From the NCBI GenBank assembly GCA_029260235.1, contig JAJDDP010000015.1, forward strand, positions 93,315 to 157,314: DNA of 64,000 bases, written 5' to 3'. Of this stretch, positions 8,885 through 19,484 are shown piece after piece. Origin of the DNA: Phycisphaerae bacterium (lineage in GTDB: Bacteria; Planctomycetota; Phycisphaerae; UBA1845). Below the pieces are notes generated by a model, which saw only the letters and a list, made by a program, of their open reading frames with translations, searched no databases and was not told the DNA's origin. Both the position numbers and the translations under genes were made by a program. How positions within the stretch are numbered: position 1 is the stretch's first letter; each line of letters starts with the position of its first letter.

Positions 8885-10258
8885 GTGGTTATGTCATCGA
8901 AGCGTCGCCAGCCAACCGCCCTGCTCGCACCGCCATTCGGGATTGCGCTGATCGCCCTGATCTTAGGCTCAAGCGTTGGTGCATCCGATGCGGCTGCCCC
9001 CCCACGTCCGGGCACCGTCACGCTCAAATTGAATATCGGCGGGGAAGTGTTTGGCCCTGTGTTGGCCCACACCGACGATGTGGTCGTCATCGACTACCTT
9101 CGTCGGCCTTGTGCCTTCGTCTTTGACGAGTTGACACCTGCTTCAGCCTACCAAACCAAGAAGGAACTCTTAACCGCCCAAGCCGGCGGCGAGAGGCAAC
9201 TCTCAGCGGAAGATCACCTCACCCTTGGCATGTACGCACTGCAACGAGGCCGACTGGCGGTGGCCAATCGAGAGTTCCGACAGCTGCTGCGCATCGATCC
9301 AAGCTATACCGAACAAGTCAAGGATGCCCGCCAAGCCGCTCGAAAGAAGAAGGGCAAGAAAGGTCGATCAAAGCCTGACGCCCCCTTGGACCAACCCGAC
9401 AGCGATGGCGCCGCAAGAACCAGGAATTCAAGAACGCAAGACCGTGATAGTGAGTCAGCCGACCGGCAGGTCATCAAGGAGTACATCGAATTCGGACAGG
9501 TGGTAAAGGCTAGCCTGAACGACGAACTGGAACTGATCGAAACCGAGCACTTTCTGATTTGGACCGATTGGCGGAGGGACCGTAGCGAACCGCTGGCAGG
9601 TTGGTGCGAGAAAATGTACGCCGAAGTCGTCGCCCAATTCAAGATTCCGCCCGATCAGCCAGCCCTGCTTGGCAAGGCCCCAGTATTTTGCTTCAGGACA
9701 AAATCTCGATTCTTGCGCTTTGCAAAAACCTTCGACAACTACGAAGCCTCTAACGCGGTGGGCTACACGAGAACAGAACCAACAGGCAGGGTCCGCATCG
9801 CGGTCTATCGCCGGGCACAAACGCCGCATGAGGTCAACCGGTTCGCTGGAACTTTGGTGCATGAAGGCGTACACGCCGTCCTGCATCGCTACTACAAGAC
9901 CTTCAACGTATCTGGCTGGGTGGGCGAGGGCATGGCAGATTACATCGCCCAGCAGGTGTTGGGCGATCACTGCCTCTACGGCGAAAAGGCCCGCCTCGTC
10001 GCGGGTCAGTATGTCGCCCGGGACATCCCCATCCAGAACCTCCTCCGCGTGGAAGGCATGCCCGAAGCCCACGAATACCCCGTAGCCTATAGCCTGGTGC
10101 AGTTCTTGATCGAGCGAGATACCGAGGCCTTCGATGCCATGATAAGGCACCAGAAGGACGGGTTCATCGTAGAAGAAGCCCTCCGCCGAGCATACGACGG
10201 CATGGATTTCGACGCACTGGAAGAGCAGTGGCGCAAGTGGGTGCAGTCAACCAAGTGA
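8885..10258 (+). CDS. Secreted putative zinc metallopeptidase (HExxH; DUF1570-like) with a TPR-like segment and a basic linker
   Basis: 457-aa ORF with a signal-like N-terminus. The motif LVHEGVHAVLH (HExxH) lies in the C-terminal domain, consistent with Planctomycete DUF1570-type proteins. The start is ambiguous between GTG 8885 and ATG 8891. Confidence 0.6.
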   Translation: MVMSSKRRQPTALLAPPFGIALIALILGSSVGASDAAAPPRPGTVTLKLNIGGEVFGPVLAHTDDVVVIDYLRRPCAFVFDELTPASAYQTKKELLTAQAGGERQLSAEDHLTLGMYALQRGRLAVANREFRQLLRIDPSYTEQVKDARQAARKKKGKKGRSKPDAPLDQPDSDGAARTRNSRTQDRDSESADRQVIKEYIEFGQVVKASLNDELELIETEHFLIWTDWRRDRSEPLAGWCEKMYAEVVAQFKIPPDQPALLGKAPVFCFRTKSRFLRFAKTFDNYEASNAVGYTRTEPTGRVRIAVYRRAQTPHEVNRFAGTLVHEGVHAVLHRYYKTFNVSGWVGEGMADYIAQQVLGDHCLYGEKARLVAGQYVARDIPIQNLLRVEGMPEAHEYPVAYSLVQFLIERDTEAFDAMIRHQKDGFIVEEALRRAYDGMDFDALEEQWRKWVQSTK

Positions 10259-10437
10259 CCCTGCGAAGTGCTCCATCTATGTCGTGATCATCGCGAGCCG
10301 CGATCGCTGCTCAGCACCCCGCCATCACTGCATAGAATCCTCCAGGCGAGCCGCCGCTGTTCATGCTATGTTCGAGAGCTTTGGTGCAATCCGCCTATCG
10401 TGCATCTCTCATGTCGGCTGGCTGAAGACTGGGAGAA

Positions 10438-11514
10438 TCACCCCGTGATCCGGCGCATCAGCATCTCAAGCGGTCCTCTCGGAAACCTCCGCAACCACAT
10501 CACCGAAAATACCATACCCAAGAGCGAGAATACGCACGCCGCCGTTGTAGCGAAAGCAAGCGATTGATTCTCCAAGCGGCTGATCGCATCCAAGAATCCC
10601 ATCCCGATCACGACGTGGGCCATGTACATCGTCAACGAAAGCTGTCCAGTCGCCGCCAATGCCTCAATCCAGGCCCAACCTGAAAACCGCTCCTCCAATT
10701 CAATGCTGGCGGTGATCATGGCCAGTGCAGCCCCCAGGCCGACTACCATATACAAAGGCGTCGGAGGCATCGGGCTGGTCTCAACCAACACGCCAAGCTC
10801 CAGGAGGTGGTTCGGCAACAAGTTCTTGGCCACCCGCCCCAATAAGGCTGAAGCAATTGAACCGCCAACAAGAAGCAAAGAGCCGGACCAAAAGACTTTC
10901 CGCCTCAGCAGCGGATCACGAAGGTTCAGGCGGCCCAACCACATTCCGACGAACAAGAATCCAATCCAGGGGAATACCGGGTGAAACCCATTGAAGCACA
11001 GGTGGCGAATCATCCCTGCCGAGGTCCAGAATCCTCGATACTCGAGCGTGTTCCAATTCCACTCGCGTTCGTAGTCGAACGCAAGCAGCAGTGCCATGAA
11101 TGCTGCGGTTACGAGAATCGCTCCGAGCCAAAGGGAGCGTGTTGACCACAAGAAAGCTGCGCTGGCAACGAGTAGGTAAACTCCGTAGAAATGCAAAATG
11201 TCGCCTGGCCACAGCGGCACATAGATGAGTCCGAGCGCGAGCAAGAAGAATGCTCGAAGTAGAAGCCGGTACTTCGCCCGCCGAATGTCGGGTTCGTTTC
11301 TACCCTCCCGTGCCTTGCTTGTTGAGAGCGATACTCCAATTCCGGCCAGAACGACGAAGGTAGCCGCAGCTTTCCCGGTGAGGGCGCTGAGGCACGTTTC
11401 CAGCCAAGCGGCGCCCGTTCCCTCAACAGCCATCACCACCTTGTAATTCACAAGGACCATTCCGAATACTGCGAACGCCCGTGCTATGTCATAACCAACA
11501 ATGCGTTCACGCAT
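10438..11514 (-). CDS. DUF418/YeiB-like polytopic membrane protein
   Basis: 358 aa with about 9-10 hydrophobic helices. The N-terminal motif YDIARAFAVFGMVLVN and the C-terminal motif GPLEMLMRRITG are characteristic of the DUF1624/DUF418 family. Confidence 0.7.
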   Translation of the reverse strand: MRERIVGYDIARAFAVFGMVLVNYKVVMAVEGTGAAWLETCLSALTGKAAATFVVLAGIGVSLSTSKAREGRNEPDIRRAKYRLLLRAFFLLALGLIYVPLWPGDILHFYGVYLLVASAAFLWSTRSLWLGAILVTAAFMALLLAFDYEREWNWNTLEYRGFWTSAGMIRHLCFNGFHPVFPWIGFLFVGMWLGRLNLRDPLLRRKVFWSGSLLLVGGSIASALLGRVAKNLLPNHLLELGVLVETSPMPPTPLYMVVGLGAALAMITASIELEERFSGWAWIEALAATGQLSLTMYMAHVVIGMGFLDAISRLENQSLAFATTAACVFSLLGMVFSVMWLRRFPRGPLEMLMRRITG

Positions 11515-11646
11515 CAGCGAATGACCTCATCCTCGCTCATACCGATGCAGCATAGCCGCTGCTCGGGGTATCGTGTGCTCATTGAGTACACCCCATGTTT
11601 CTACGCCCAACGGGCGCCGACTGCACTTGACTGAAATCAGATTGCG

Positions 11647-12672
11647 CTAGGTCGAACCGGCCACCGTCGCCCGGTACTGTCCAATCACCTCGTAGAACTC
11701 TTCGGGCGAACCGATCCTGTTCATATTTTGCTTTAGGGATTTCGTCTTGGGCAGCATGCGGGCGTACCAGCTGATTCGTTGGCGCATGTCCATCGTTGCC
11801 CGGCGTGGTCCTCGATACTCGACCAGAAGTTTGAAATGCCGGATGACCAGCTCGACGCGTTGATCGAAGGTTGGCGGCTCTGGAATCGTGCCGGTCGTCA
11901 GGTAGGCGTGGGTGTCTCGAAAGATCCACGGATCACTCAGCGCTCTTCGGCCTATCATCACCCCGGCACAGCCCGTGCTGTCGATCATTTCTTTGGCATC
12001 TTGCGGCGATTTGATGTCGCCGTTTCCCAGCACGGGGATGTCGGCCACAGCTTCAACCACCGCGGCGATGCCGGAGCGATCTACATCTCCGCCAAACCGC
12101 TGGGCACCGGTTCTACCGTGGACGGTGATCAATTGAATTCCCACGTCTGCCAGCATTCGAGCTAGTTGTGGCGAATTCTGTTGGCATGCATCGAACCCCA
12201 ACCGCATCTTGGCGGTTACCGGCACCTTAACCGCTTCGACGATGGCCTGGGCAATGCGCGTCGCTGCTTCCGGCCGTCGCATCAGGGCGACCCCGCCATC
12301 TTTCTTGACCACCTTGTCGGCTGGGCAGCCCATGTTGATGTCGATGACCACCGCCCCATGCGCCTCTGCCCACTGTGCCGCCTTGGCCATCAACTCGGGA
12401 TCTTCGCCGAAGAGCTGCATGCAGAGAGGCTCATCCTCCGGGCAGGTCGCAGCCAGGTACATCGACTTGTCGTTCTCCTTCAGCAAACCGTGCGGACTCA
12501 GCAAGTCGGTGCAGGCCAATCCAATTCCGCCGCACGAACGGGCGACCAGCCGAAATGGCAGATCGCAAAAGCGGGCAATCGGGCTTAGGAAGAGATTGGT
12601 CTTGGGCGTAAAGTCGCCGATACGCAGACAAGTGTCGGGTTGGGCGAGTTCGGGGGTCATCAGAATCGCCAT
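11647..12672 (-). CDS. dus: tRNA-dihydrouridine synthase
   Basis: Dus family motifs are present: DINMGCPADKVVKKDGGVALMRRPE and VHGRT. Confidence 0.9.
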   Translation of the reverse strand: MAILMTPELAQPDTCLRIGDFTPKTNLFLSPIARFCDLPFRLVARSCGGIGLACTDLLSPHGLLKENDKSMYLAATCPEDEPLCMQLFGEDPELMAKAAQWAEAHGAVVIDINMGCPADKVVKKDGGVALMRRPEAATRIAQAIVEAVKVPVTAKMRLGFDACQQNSPQLARMLADVGIQLITVHGRTGAQRFGGDVDRSGIAAVVEAVADIPVLGNGDIKSPQDAKEMIDSTGCAGVMIGRRALSDPWIFRDTHAYLTTGTIPEPPTFDQRVELVIRHFKLLVEYRGPRRATMDMRQRISWYARMLPKTKSLKQNMNRIGSPEEFYEVIGQYRATVAGST

Positions 12673-12782
12673 GATACCGCATTGGACGGAGGTGGCTAAA
12701 TCTGGCAGGTTGATTTTTGGACCGGCCTATGGTGCCATGGTTTCGCCCGATAACCGCTAATCTCTTGAATACGGATTGAACC

Positions 12783-14282
12783 ATGGCTGACCCATACGCG
12801 ACGATGTTGGAACGGATCAAAGACGTGGGCCGACTCTCGGCCATCGAAGCTCTGCTCGATTGGGATCAAGAGACGTATATGCCCAGCCAGGGCGTGGAAC
12901 CCAGGGCGGAAATGATGGCTATGGTTGCTGGCATGAGGCACGAGCAAGCCACCTCGTCAGAAATGGGCGATCTCCTAGGTCAACTCACCGACGACGACGG
13001 CAGCGACCCGATTCGCCAGACCAACATCCGAGAGACGCGCCGCAGCTATGATCGCTCGGTGAAAGTGCCCAATGAGCTGGTCAAGGAATTGACCCACACA
13101 TCTGCCATGGCTATGGAAGCCTGGGCCAAGGCAAGGTCGGAGTCTAAATTCGACGGGTTCGCACCGCACTTAACCAAACTGCTAGACCTCAAGCGCACGC
13201 AGGCAAATTGCATCGGCTATGACGACGATCCATACGATGCACTCATGGATGAATTCGAGCCGGGAGTTAAGACAGCGGACGTGGCTACGCTATTCGCCGA
13301 GCTTCGCCAACGCCTAGCCCCCATCGTGCAGGAACTGGCCGAGGCCAGGAACAAGCCCGACTTTTCGATCCTAGAGCGCCACTATCCGCAGGCGGAGCAA
13401 GAACAGTTGGGGCGAGGATTTGTCGAGGCCGTCGGTTTCGATTGGCAGGCAGGGCGAATGGACGTTTCAGTCCATCCATTCTGCACCTCCATGACCAGCA
13501 AGGATGTGCGCCTCACCACGCGGTACGATGAACACTATATGCCCTGTGCAATTTTTGGGCTGATGCATGAAGCCGGCCACGGTCTTTATGAGCAAGGGCT
13601 AGAAGTAGAGCATCGCTTCACGCCGATGGGCCAGGCCACGTCATTGGGCATTCACGAGTCGCAGTCGCGGCTGTGGGAAAACATGGTCGGACGATCCAAA
13701 CCTTTCTGGGAATGCAACTATGCCCGGACGAAGGAATTGTTCCCCAAAGCCCTGGGCGACATCTCCATGGATGCCTTCTACCGGGCGATCAACACCGTTC
13801 AGCCCTCGCTCATTCGCGTCGAAGCCGACGAGGTGACCTACAACCTGCACATCGTAGTCAGGTTCGAATTGGAACGTGCCCTCATCAACAAGCAGTTGGA
13901 GGTGGCTGACCTGCCCGACGCCTGGAACCAGAAAATGAAAGAGCTGGTGGGCATCAAACCGTCGAACCATGCCGATGGATGCTTGCAAGACATCCACTGG
14001 TCGCTAGGTGCGTTTGGCTACTTCCCCACCTATGCACTGGGCAACCTCTATGCCGCTCAGTTCTTTGCCGCCGCCCAGAAAGCCCTGCCAAACCTGGAAG
14101 ATCAAATCCGCGCAGGCCAACTCATGCCCTTGCGGGAGTGGCTAGCCCAGAACATCCACAGCCACGGCATGCGATATGGTGCAGCAGAACTTTGCGAAAT
14201 CGTGACCGGATCAGCCCTATCCACTGACCCATTCATCGAGTACGTCGAGAAGAAGTTTCGGCCTGTCTATGGGCTTGACTAG
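12783..14282 (+). CDS. Carboxypeptidase Taq-like metallopeptidase (family M32)
   Basis: M32 signature blocks are present: HEAGHGLYEQG (HExxH), GIHESQSRLWEN, DIHWS and GYFPTYALGN. Confidence 0.9.
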   Translation: MADPYATMLERIKDVGRLSAIEALLDWDQETYMPSQGVEPRAEMMAMVAGMRHEQATSSEMGDLLGQLTDDDGSDPIRQTNIRETRRSYDRSVKVPNELVKELTHTSAMAMEAWAKARSESKFDGFAPHLTKLLDLKRTQANCIGYDDDPYDALMDEFEPGVKTADVATLFAELRQRLAPIVQELAEARNKPDFSILERHYPQAEQEQLGRGFVEAVGFDWQAGRMDVSVHPFCTSMTSKDVRLTTRYDEHYMPCAIFGLMHEAGHGLYEQGLEVEHRFTPMGQATSLGIHESQSRLWENMVGRSKPFWECNYARTKELFPKALGDISMDAFYRAINTVQPSLIRVEADEVTYNLHIVVRFELERALINKQLEVADLPDAWNQKMKELVGIKPSNHADGCLQDIHWSLGAFGYFPTYALGNLYAAQFFAAAQKALPNLEDQIRAGQLMPLREWLAQNIHSHGMRYGAAELCEIVTGSALSTDPFIEYVEKKFRPVYGLD

Positions 14283-14302
14283 GTCGCTCGGAAGATCACC
14301 GG

Positions 14303-14938
14303 CTAGTCATCGGAGGCAGGATCGCCTTGGGCATCTTGGTAATCTCTGGGCGTATCGATGTCCTGGAGGACGCCGGGGGTTTCGCATTCGATTGTCTGTA
14401 GGCGATCCGCATGGCGTCGTAGCAGTTCAGCCAGCCCGCCCTCTTTGATTTCGTCCATCTCAGCCGTCGCCCATTGCGGGACGATCACCGGATGGCCCTT
14501 CTTCTCTTGAAAGGATGCCACGACAAAATCTTCAGGATGGCGTTCAAAGCCCCTGAGGCAAGTGATGACACTGGCTAGATCGACCGAGGGCATGTCGCCC
14601 GGACAAACCAAGAAACCAAGCGGCTCATCCATCGGGAACGCCTCCCTGGCGGCTGCGACCCCCATGCAGATCGAATCGAGCATCTGTGATTGCTCGTCGT
14701 CGTTGATCACCGTAACAAACCGCGGATCTTCAAGGAGGTCGAGTTCATCGGCAATCAGCTGATGAGTGACCACGACCAAGCCACCGATCGGAGCGGCCAA
14801 CATGGTATCGATAACCGAATCGAGAATGGTGCGTCCGCCAAATGGCATTAGCTGCTTGGGTTCGCCCATGCGCCGGGATCGGCCGGCGGCTGGGATAACC
14901 GCGTACACAGCAGCGGATTCAGGTTGAGCGCCTTGCAT
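14303..14938 (-). CDS. MobA-like NTP transferase (molybdenum cofactor cytidylyl/guanylyl-transferase, MocA-like)
   Basis: N-terminal motif AVIPAAGRSRRMGEPKQLMPFGGRTIL. It lies 2 nt downstream of xdhC. Confidence 0.75.
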   Translation of the reverse strand: MQGAQPESAAVYAVIPAAGRSRRMGEPKQLMPFGGRTILDSVIDTMLAAPIGGLVVVTHQLIADELDLLEDPRFVTVINDDEQSQMLDSICMGVAAAREAFPMDEPLGFLVCPGDMPSVDLASVITCLRGFERHPEDFVVASFQEKKGHPVIVPQWATAEMDEIKEGGLAELLRRHADRLQTIECETPGVLQDIDTPRDYQDAQGDPASDD

Positions 14939-14940
14939 AG

Positions 14941-15906
14941 CTATTCCTTGGAAACTTCGAACGGACCTTCAACCATCTTGCGGCGGTCTTTGCGTCGCAC
15001 AGCCACCAGTTCAGCCGCGATACTTACTGCAATCTCGGGCACGGTGACCGCATCAATACTCAACCCGATGGGTGCATGCACGCGGTCCAACAACCCAGGG
15101 TCAACCCCGTCGGCCTTGAGGTCATCAAAGATCAGCTTCACCTTTCGGCGACTGCCAATCATGCCGACATAGCGAGCCGATGATTTGATCACCGCCCCCA
15201 ACGCCTGTTCGTCGTGCTTATGCCCGCGGGTGACGATGACCACATAGGTTGCCTGGTTGATGGGGAAGTCGCGGAGCGTGCTTTCAATGTCGGCCGCGAT
15301 AGGTGCTATGGGCGGCGGGAGGCGATCTGCATTGGCAAAGTCAGCCCGATCATCCACCACCACCACTTTGAATTCCATCTCGGCGGCCAGCTTAGCCAAG
15401 GCGGTTCCGACATGGCCCGCGCCGGCGATGAGCAGTGTGGGTTCGGATGCAAGCTGAACGCGGTATTCAACCCATTTCTCTTGATCGCGCACCTGAATAG
15501 GGACCAGAGCGTCTTGGCCAGCCTCCATATCGGCAATGATATTGCGAAACACCTCAGCCTGCTCGTTCGAGTGGATGGGCATTACCGCAATGTCCATGTG
15601 CCCTCCACAAATCAGTCCGTCATCCCAGCCAAAATCATGATCCAGTTGGTAGCTGAGCATTTTCGCTTCTTGGCACTGCAGGAGGCCAAACGCTTGGGTG
15701 CGAACTTCGGCTTCAACGCAGCCGCCGCCCAACGTGCCGCTGCTGTTCATAGCCTCGTCGAGTAACAACGTAGCCCCGGCCGATTGCGGTGTGGAGCCGC
15801 GGGTTTTGACGACCGTGCACAGGGCAACGCGACGGCCTGCTTCGACCTCGGACACGATCTTCTCAAATAGCGGCTGCTGCTCAATCACGGTTGCGATCCT
15901 GTCCAA
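14941..15906 (-). CDS. xdhC: XdhC/CoxI family molybdoenzyme maturation protein
   Basis: There is an XdhC_CoxI N-domain and a Rossmann-like C-domain (LLIAGAGHVGTALAKLAAEMEFKVVVVDDRADFA ... VIVTRGHKHDEQAL ... YVGMIGSRRK). Confidence 0.85.
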   Translation of the reverse strand: MDRIATVIEQQPLFEKIVSEVEAGRRVALCTVVKTRGSTPQSAGATLLLDEAMNSSGTLGGGCVEAEVRTQAFGLLQCQEAKMLSYQLDHDFGWDDGLICGGHMDIAVMPIHSNEQAEVFRNIIADMEAGQDALVPIQVRDQEKWVEYRVQLASEPTLLIAGAGHVGTALAKLAAEMEFKVVVVDDRADFANADRLPPPIAPIAADIESTLRDFPINQATYVVIVTRGHKHDEQALGAVIKSSARYVGMIGSRRKVKLIFDDLKADGVDPGLLDRVHAPIGLSIDAVTVPEIAVSIAAELVAVRRKDRRKMVEGPFEVSKE

Positions 15907-15914
15907 CTAGATAG

Positions 15915-18023
15915 CTAAGCCGGGTCAACGGATGTTTCAACTGGCTTGGTGTCATCTGGAGTCACCGGGAGGTATTTATCGAACCAGCCCATGTCCCAAT
16001 CGAGCTTGGCTTTGCGGTTCTTGTAGGTCGTTGGACTATGGCCCGTGTTGGGATAGACCACCAACTCGGTGGGCGTCTTGATGTATTCGTGAAGGGCGCG
16101 GAATAGAGCCTTACTATGCGCGGGCGGGCATCGTGGATCGTTCTCCCCAACGTGGATGATGGTCGGTGTAGTAATCTTGTCGGCTCGATACAGGGGCGAA
16201 GCTGCCTGCATCTCGGCGGGCTTGTTCCAAGGGAAGCCCTCCTGGAAATTGATCACATGCCCCGGCGTGTCCTCGGCGGCCCACTGCAATACCACGTCGA
16301 AAACGCCGGCCCCGCTGCTGGCTACCTTGAATCGATCCGTCGTGGTGATCAAACAGTTGGTCAAGTATCCGCCGTTGCTCCAACCCATGACCCCAAGTCG
16401 ATCCGGGTCAGCGATTCCCGAAGCGACCATGGCATCTACGCCGGTGAGAATGTCCACCACGTCGCGGTCATTCTTGTGACCAACCAATTCGGTCAGGAAT
16501 TGATCCCCGTAACCGGTCGACCCGCGATAGTTGGGGCTGAGCACCGCGTAGCCCCGAGAAGCCATCAATACCCGACCGTAAATCCAGAAACGAAACTCCA
16601 ACAGCGAAGCCGCCGTAGGCCCGCCGTGAATCTCGACAATCATGGGCAGCGGTCCGTCACCGTCTTTGTACTCCGGCGGCAACTCCAAAATGCCCTGCAC
16701 GTCGTCGCCGTTCCAACCTTTCCAGGAGACTGTCTTGATCAGCGGGATCTTCCAGGTATCTACCTGCCGGTTCGAGTGGGTCAACCGCTTCAACGCAGGT
16801 TCAGCCTCAGGTTTGATTGCGGCTGCGAACACATCCGGCGGATGCGACACGGTAGACATGACCGCAGCTATATCGCTGCCTGACTTGGCGGTATGGAAAG
16901 ACTTGACGGCTACATCGCCCGGCGTAAGCACACGCATTGATCCTTGCTTACCGTCCTTGATCCCCGTAATGCAATACACCCTAGCCCGGGCGTGGTCCTC
17001 GCCCATGAAGCAAAGCGAATCTGAATCGCCCAGCCACTCCATGTGCCCGGGCGAGACGGTGACTTGATTGGGGCGGGTTAGCTTTTGAACAGCCGGCGAC
17101 TCGGAGCTGAATCGGGCCACCAGGATTTCGGATGGATAGCCATCGAAACTCACCTGAAACGCCAGAGACTTGCTATGCCCCGCCCAGGCCAATGATTCGA
17201 GCCAGCCGTAGGGGCTCGGAGCATCTTTGCGCCAGAGTTGATCCTCCAGCGTAGTCATCTTCTCGGTTTGCGTATCGTAGATGTCTACCCGAGAGCGACC
17301 CTCGTTGCTGATCAGCTCGTTAGTCGGCGCGGTGATCATGGCAATGCGGCTTTGATCCGGCGACACAGCCAAGTCGCCGATGACCCGTTCTTCATCGATC
17401 AGCTTCTCTGACTTCCATGTATTGAGGTCCAGCTTCCAAACCTGCGAAAACTCAACCACGCCATGACCGTAGGTGATATGGTCGTGCGTTTCGCGAAGAT
17501 CCTTCCACTCCTCCTCGGTGCCCTTCTCGCTGACCACATAGTAAAGCACCGCCCCGTCAGCGGAGAGTTCATAGTCATCCACGCCGTCTTTGAGTCGCGT
17601 CACCGGAAAGAGTCCAGTGCCATCAGGGCGAATCCGCCAGAGCTGCGTCTTGCCGTTGTACGGAGCTTCTGATCCATCGCCCTGCTTGCGGCTGCTGGTG
17701 AAGTAGATCCACTGCCCGTCGGGGCTCCAAGTGGGGTTGCCATCGGCGGCGCTATCGAAAGTCAACCGGTTGAACGCTTTGCTATCGCGGTCCACGATCC
17801 AAAGGTCGAGATTCCGCTTGTCGGCGGGAGGCTCCCAGCGCAACTCGGTATAGACCACTTGTTTCGCATCGGGTGAGAAGGCACAACCCGTAACCACACC
17901 GATGGAGAAGTAGTCGTCGGCTACGATCTGATGGTCGCGAGCAACCCCACCAGCCAAGGCCAACTGGGGCAGCACCATGAGGGCAAGCAGGATACTTCTT
18001 AGCGCAGGGAATCCACAAAGCAC
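15915..18023 (-). CDS. Secreted S9 family serine peptidase (prolyl oligopeptidase / acylaminoacyl peptidase type) with an N-terminal TolB-like beta-propeller
   Basis: The nucleophile elbow is GWSNGGYL and the catalytic domain is alpha/beta hydrolase-type. I re-set the start to GTG 18023, which has AGGAGG 7 nt upstream and yields a plausible signal peptide (…LRSILLALMVLPQLALAGG). This removes the 44-nt overlap with the MFS gene that the 18098 start creates. Confidence 0.85.
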   Translation of the reverse strand: MLCGFPALRSILLALMVLPQLALAGGVARDHQIVADDYFSIGVVTGCAFSPDAKQVVYTELRWEPPADKRNLDLWIVDRDSKAFNRLTFDSAADGNPTWSPDGQWIYFTSSRKQGDGSEAPYNGKTQLWRIRPDGTGLFPVTRLKDGVDDYELSADGAVLYYVVSEKGTEEEWKDLRETHDHITYGHGVVEFSQVWKLDLNTWKSEKLIDEERVIGDLAVSPDQSRIAMITAPTNELISNEGRSRVDIYDTQTEKMTTLEDQLWRKDAPSPYGWLESLAWAGHSKSLAFQVSFDGYPSEILVARFSSESPAVQKLTRPNQVTVSPGHMEWLGDSDSLCFMGEDHARARVYCITGIKDGKQGSMRVLTPGDVAVKSFHTAKSGSDIAAVMSTVSHPPDVFAAAIKPEAEPALKRLTHSNRQVDTWKIPLIKTVSWKGWNGDDVQGILELPPEYKDGDGPLPMIVEIHGGPTAASLLEFRFWIYGRVLMASRGYAVLSPNYRGSTGYGDQFLTELVGHKNDRDVVDILTGVDAMVASGIADPDRLGVMGWSNGGYLTNCLITTTDRFKVASSGAGVFDVVLQWAAEDTPGHVINFQEGFPWNKPAEMQAASPLYRADKITTPTIIHVGENDPRCPPAHSKALFRALHEYIKTPTELVVYPNTGHSPTTYKNRKAKLDWDMGWFDKYLPVTPDDTKPVETSVDPA

Positions 18024-18054
18024 AGGCAGGCCTCCTTTTGGGCAGGACAGCGGA

Positions 18055-19323
18055 TCACGGTCGATCCACATTGTCGCGATCCACAACCGGGATGACAAGC
18101 CCGCGGCGAATGCTCAGATACATGCCCGCACCCAACAGCCCGATCACCAAGCAGCCTATCCACAGGGTAGTCCCACCCCAATACGTCAAAACGATCCCAC
18201 CGATCGGGGCGCCCAACATGTTCGCCGTCGAAAAGCACATGGAAAACACGCTCATGTAGCGGCCCCGATACTCGACGGGCGACATGTCGCTGACAACGGC
18301 TGACACCAGCGGCGCCTGGATCATCTCACCGGTCGTCCAAATCAGCACGGTTAGCTGAAACTGCCAAGAGGTGACCGCCAACGCCTTGAGCCCAAAGCCC
18401 GCCGCCAATAGCACAGCCGCAAGAGCGAGGGCATTCCCGCGGTGGAACCGGACGATCCAGGCTGTGATGGGCAACTGGAAGAGAACAATCATCCAGCCAT
18501 TGGTCGAGATCATGGTGCCATAGTCGTTGGCTTGGAAACCTTGTTCTCTAAGGAAGAGCGGCAAGGTGGACATCGCCTGCATGTAGACCAACCCACAGAG
18601 CAGCGAAGCCGCACAAAATAGCAAGAAGGTGCCGTTGCCCAGAATGTGTTTGAATGCTCCCCGTCTCCTGTCGTCAGCCTCAGCGGGCGGCTCTGCATTC
18701 GGCGATTCACCGGCAACAGCCAACTCCTCGTCGGCGTTTGGTGCGGACTTGGCTGGCAGGGTTTCCCTAATTAGAAAAACGAGAATAAGGGCATTCAAGC
18801 CCGCGGTGACTGCGTCGCCCCAGAAGAGCCATTGGAACCAGATAACAGCCAACTGCCCGCCGATCAGTGCCCCGAGAGCGAATCCCATGTTGATCGCTAC
18901 ATACATGAGTCCAAAGGCCTGCGTCCGCCGTTCCGGCTCTACCAAATCAACCAGCATCGCCTGAGCGGCCGGTCGATACATCTCAGCCAACATGGCAAAA
19001 GCAGCCACAGCACACAGCAGGCCCGGCGGCCAATGAATGTCTCCAAAGAAACGCAACACAATCATGCCACCCAGCAGGCTGGCAATCATGACCACCCGGC
19101 GACCGATGATGTCGGCCAAGTGCCCTCCCAAGAGGACGCCCAGAATAGCCGCCGCGCCGTAAACACCCAGCGCCAGGGTGGCGAACTGCTTGCTTAGGCC
19201 TTTGTCGCCTACCAGGTAGAGGGTTAGGAACGGCATCAGGAAGGTGCCGGCCCGGTTCACCAGGGTTCCGGCGCACAGAATGTACACCGAAGGCGAAAAC
19301 CCGAGATAGCTCTTGATCATCAA
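18055..19323 (-). CDS. MFS transporter
   Basis: 422 aa with about 12 TM helices. A GRR-type loop motif (LADIIGRRVVM) lies between TM2 and TM3. It is the first gene of the minus-strand cluster 19323->14303. Confidence 0.8.
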   Translation of the reverse strand: MMIKSYLGFSPSVYILCAGTLVNRAGTFLMPFLTLYLVGDKGLSKQFATLALGVYGAAAILGVLLGGHLADIIGRRVVMIASLLGGMIVLRFFGDIHWPPGLLCAVAAFAMLAEMYRPAAQAMLVDLVEPERRTQAFGLMYVAINMGFALGALIGGQLAVIWFQWLFWGDAVTAGLNALILVFLIRETLPAKSAPNADEELAVAGESPNAEPPAEADDRRRGAFKHILGNGTFLLFCAASLLCGLVYMQAMSTLPLFLREQGFQANDYGTMISTNGWMIVLFQLPITAWIVRFHRGNALALAAVLLAAGFGLKALAVTSWQFQLTVLIWTTGEMIQAPLVSAVVSDMSPVEYRGRYMSVFSMCFSTANMLGAPIGGIVLTYWGGTTLWIGCLVIGLLGAGMYLSIRRGLVIPVVDRDNVDRP

Positions 19324-19484
19324 CCGCTCTCAAAATTGCACTCGAATCGGTGCACGTTGACGACCGATCCGGCTTTTCTTGGCCCAAACCTCGGCGAATC
19401 CCGCTGGAGCGTAGCGGGCAGCCAATTCAGCGGCAAGAAACATTCATCTTGATTGCCTGAGGCCGACCGCATCGGCGGAGTTTC

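Noticed and set aside
18055-18098. Apparent 44-nt overlap between the MFS transporter and S9 peptidase genes
   Set aside because: The overlap is resolved by using GTG 18023 with AGGAGG 7 nt upstream, which also produces a proper signal peptide. It is an artefact of taking the longest ORF.
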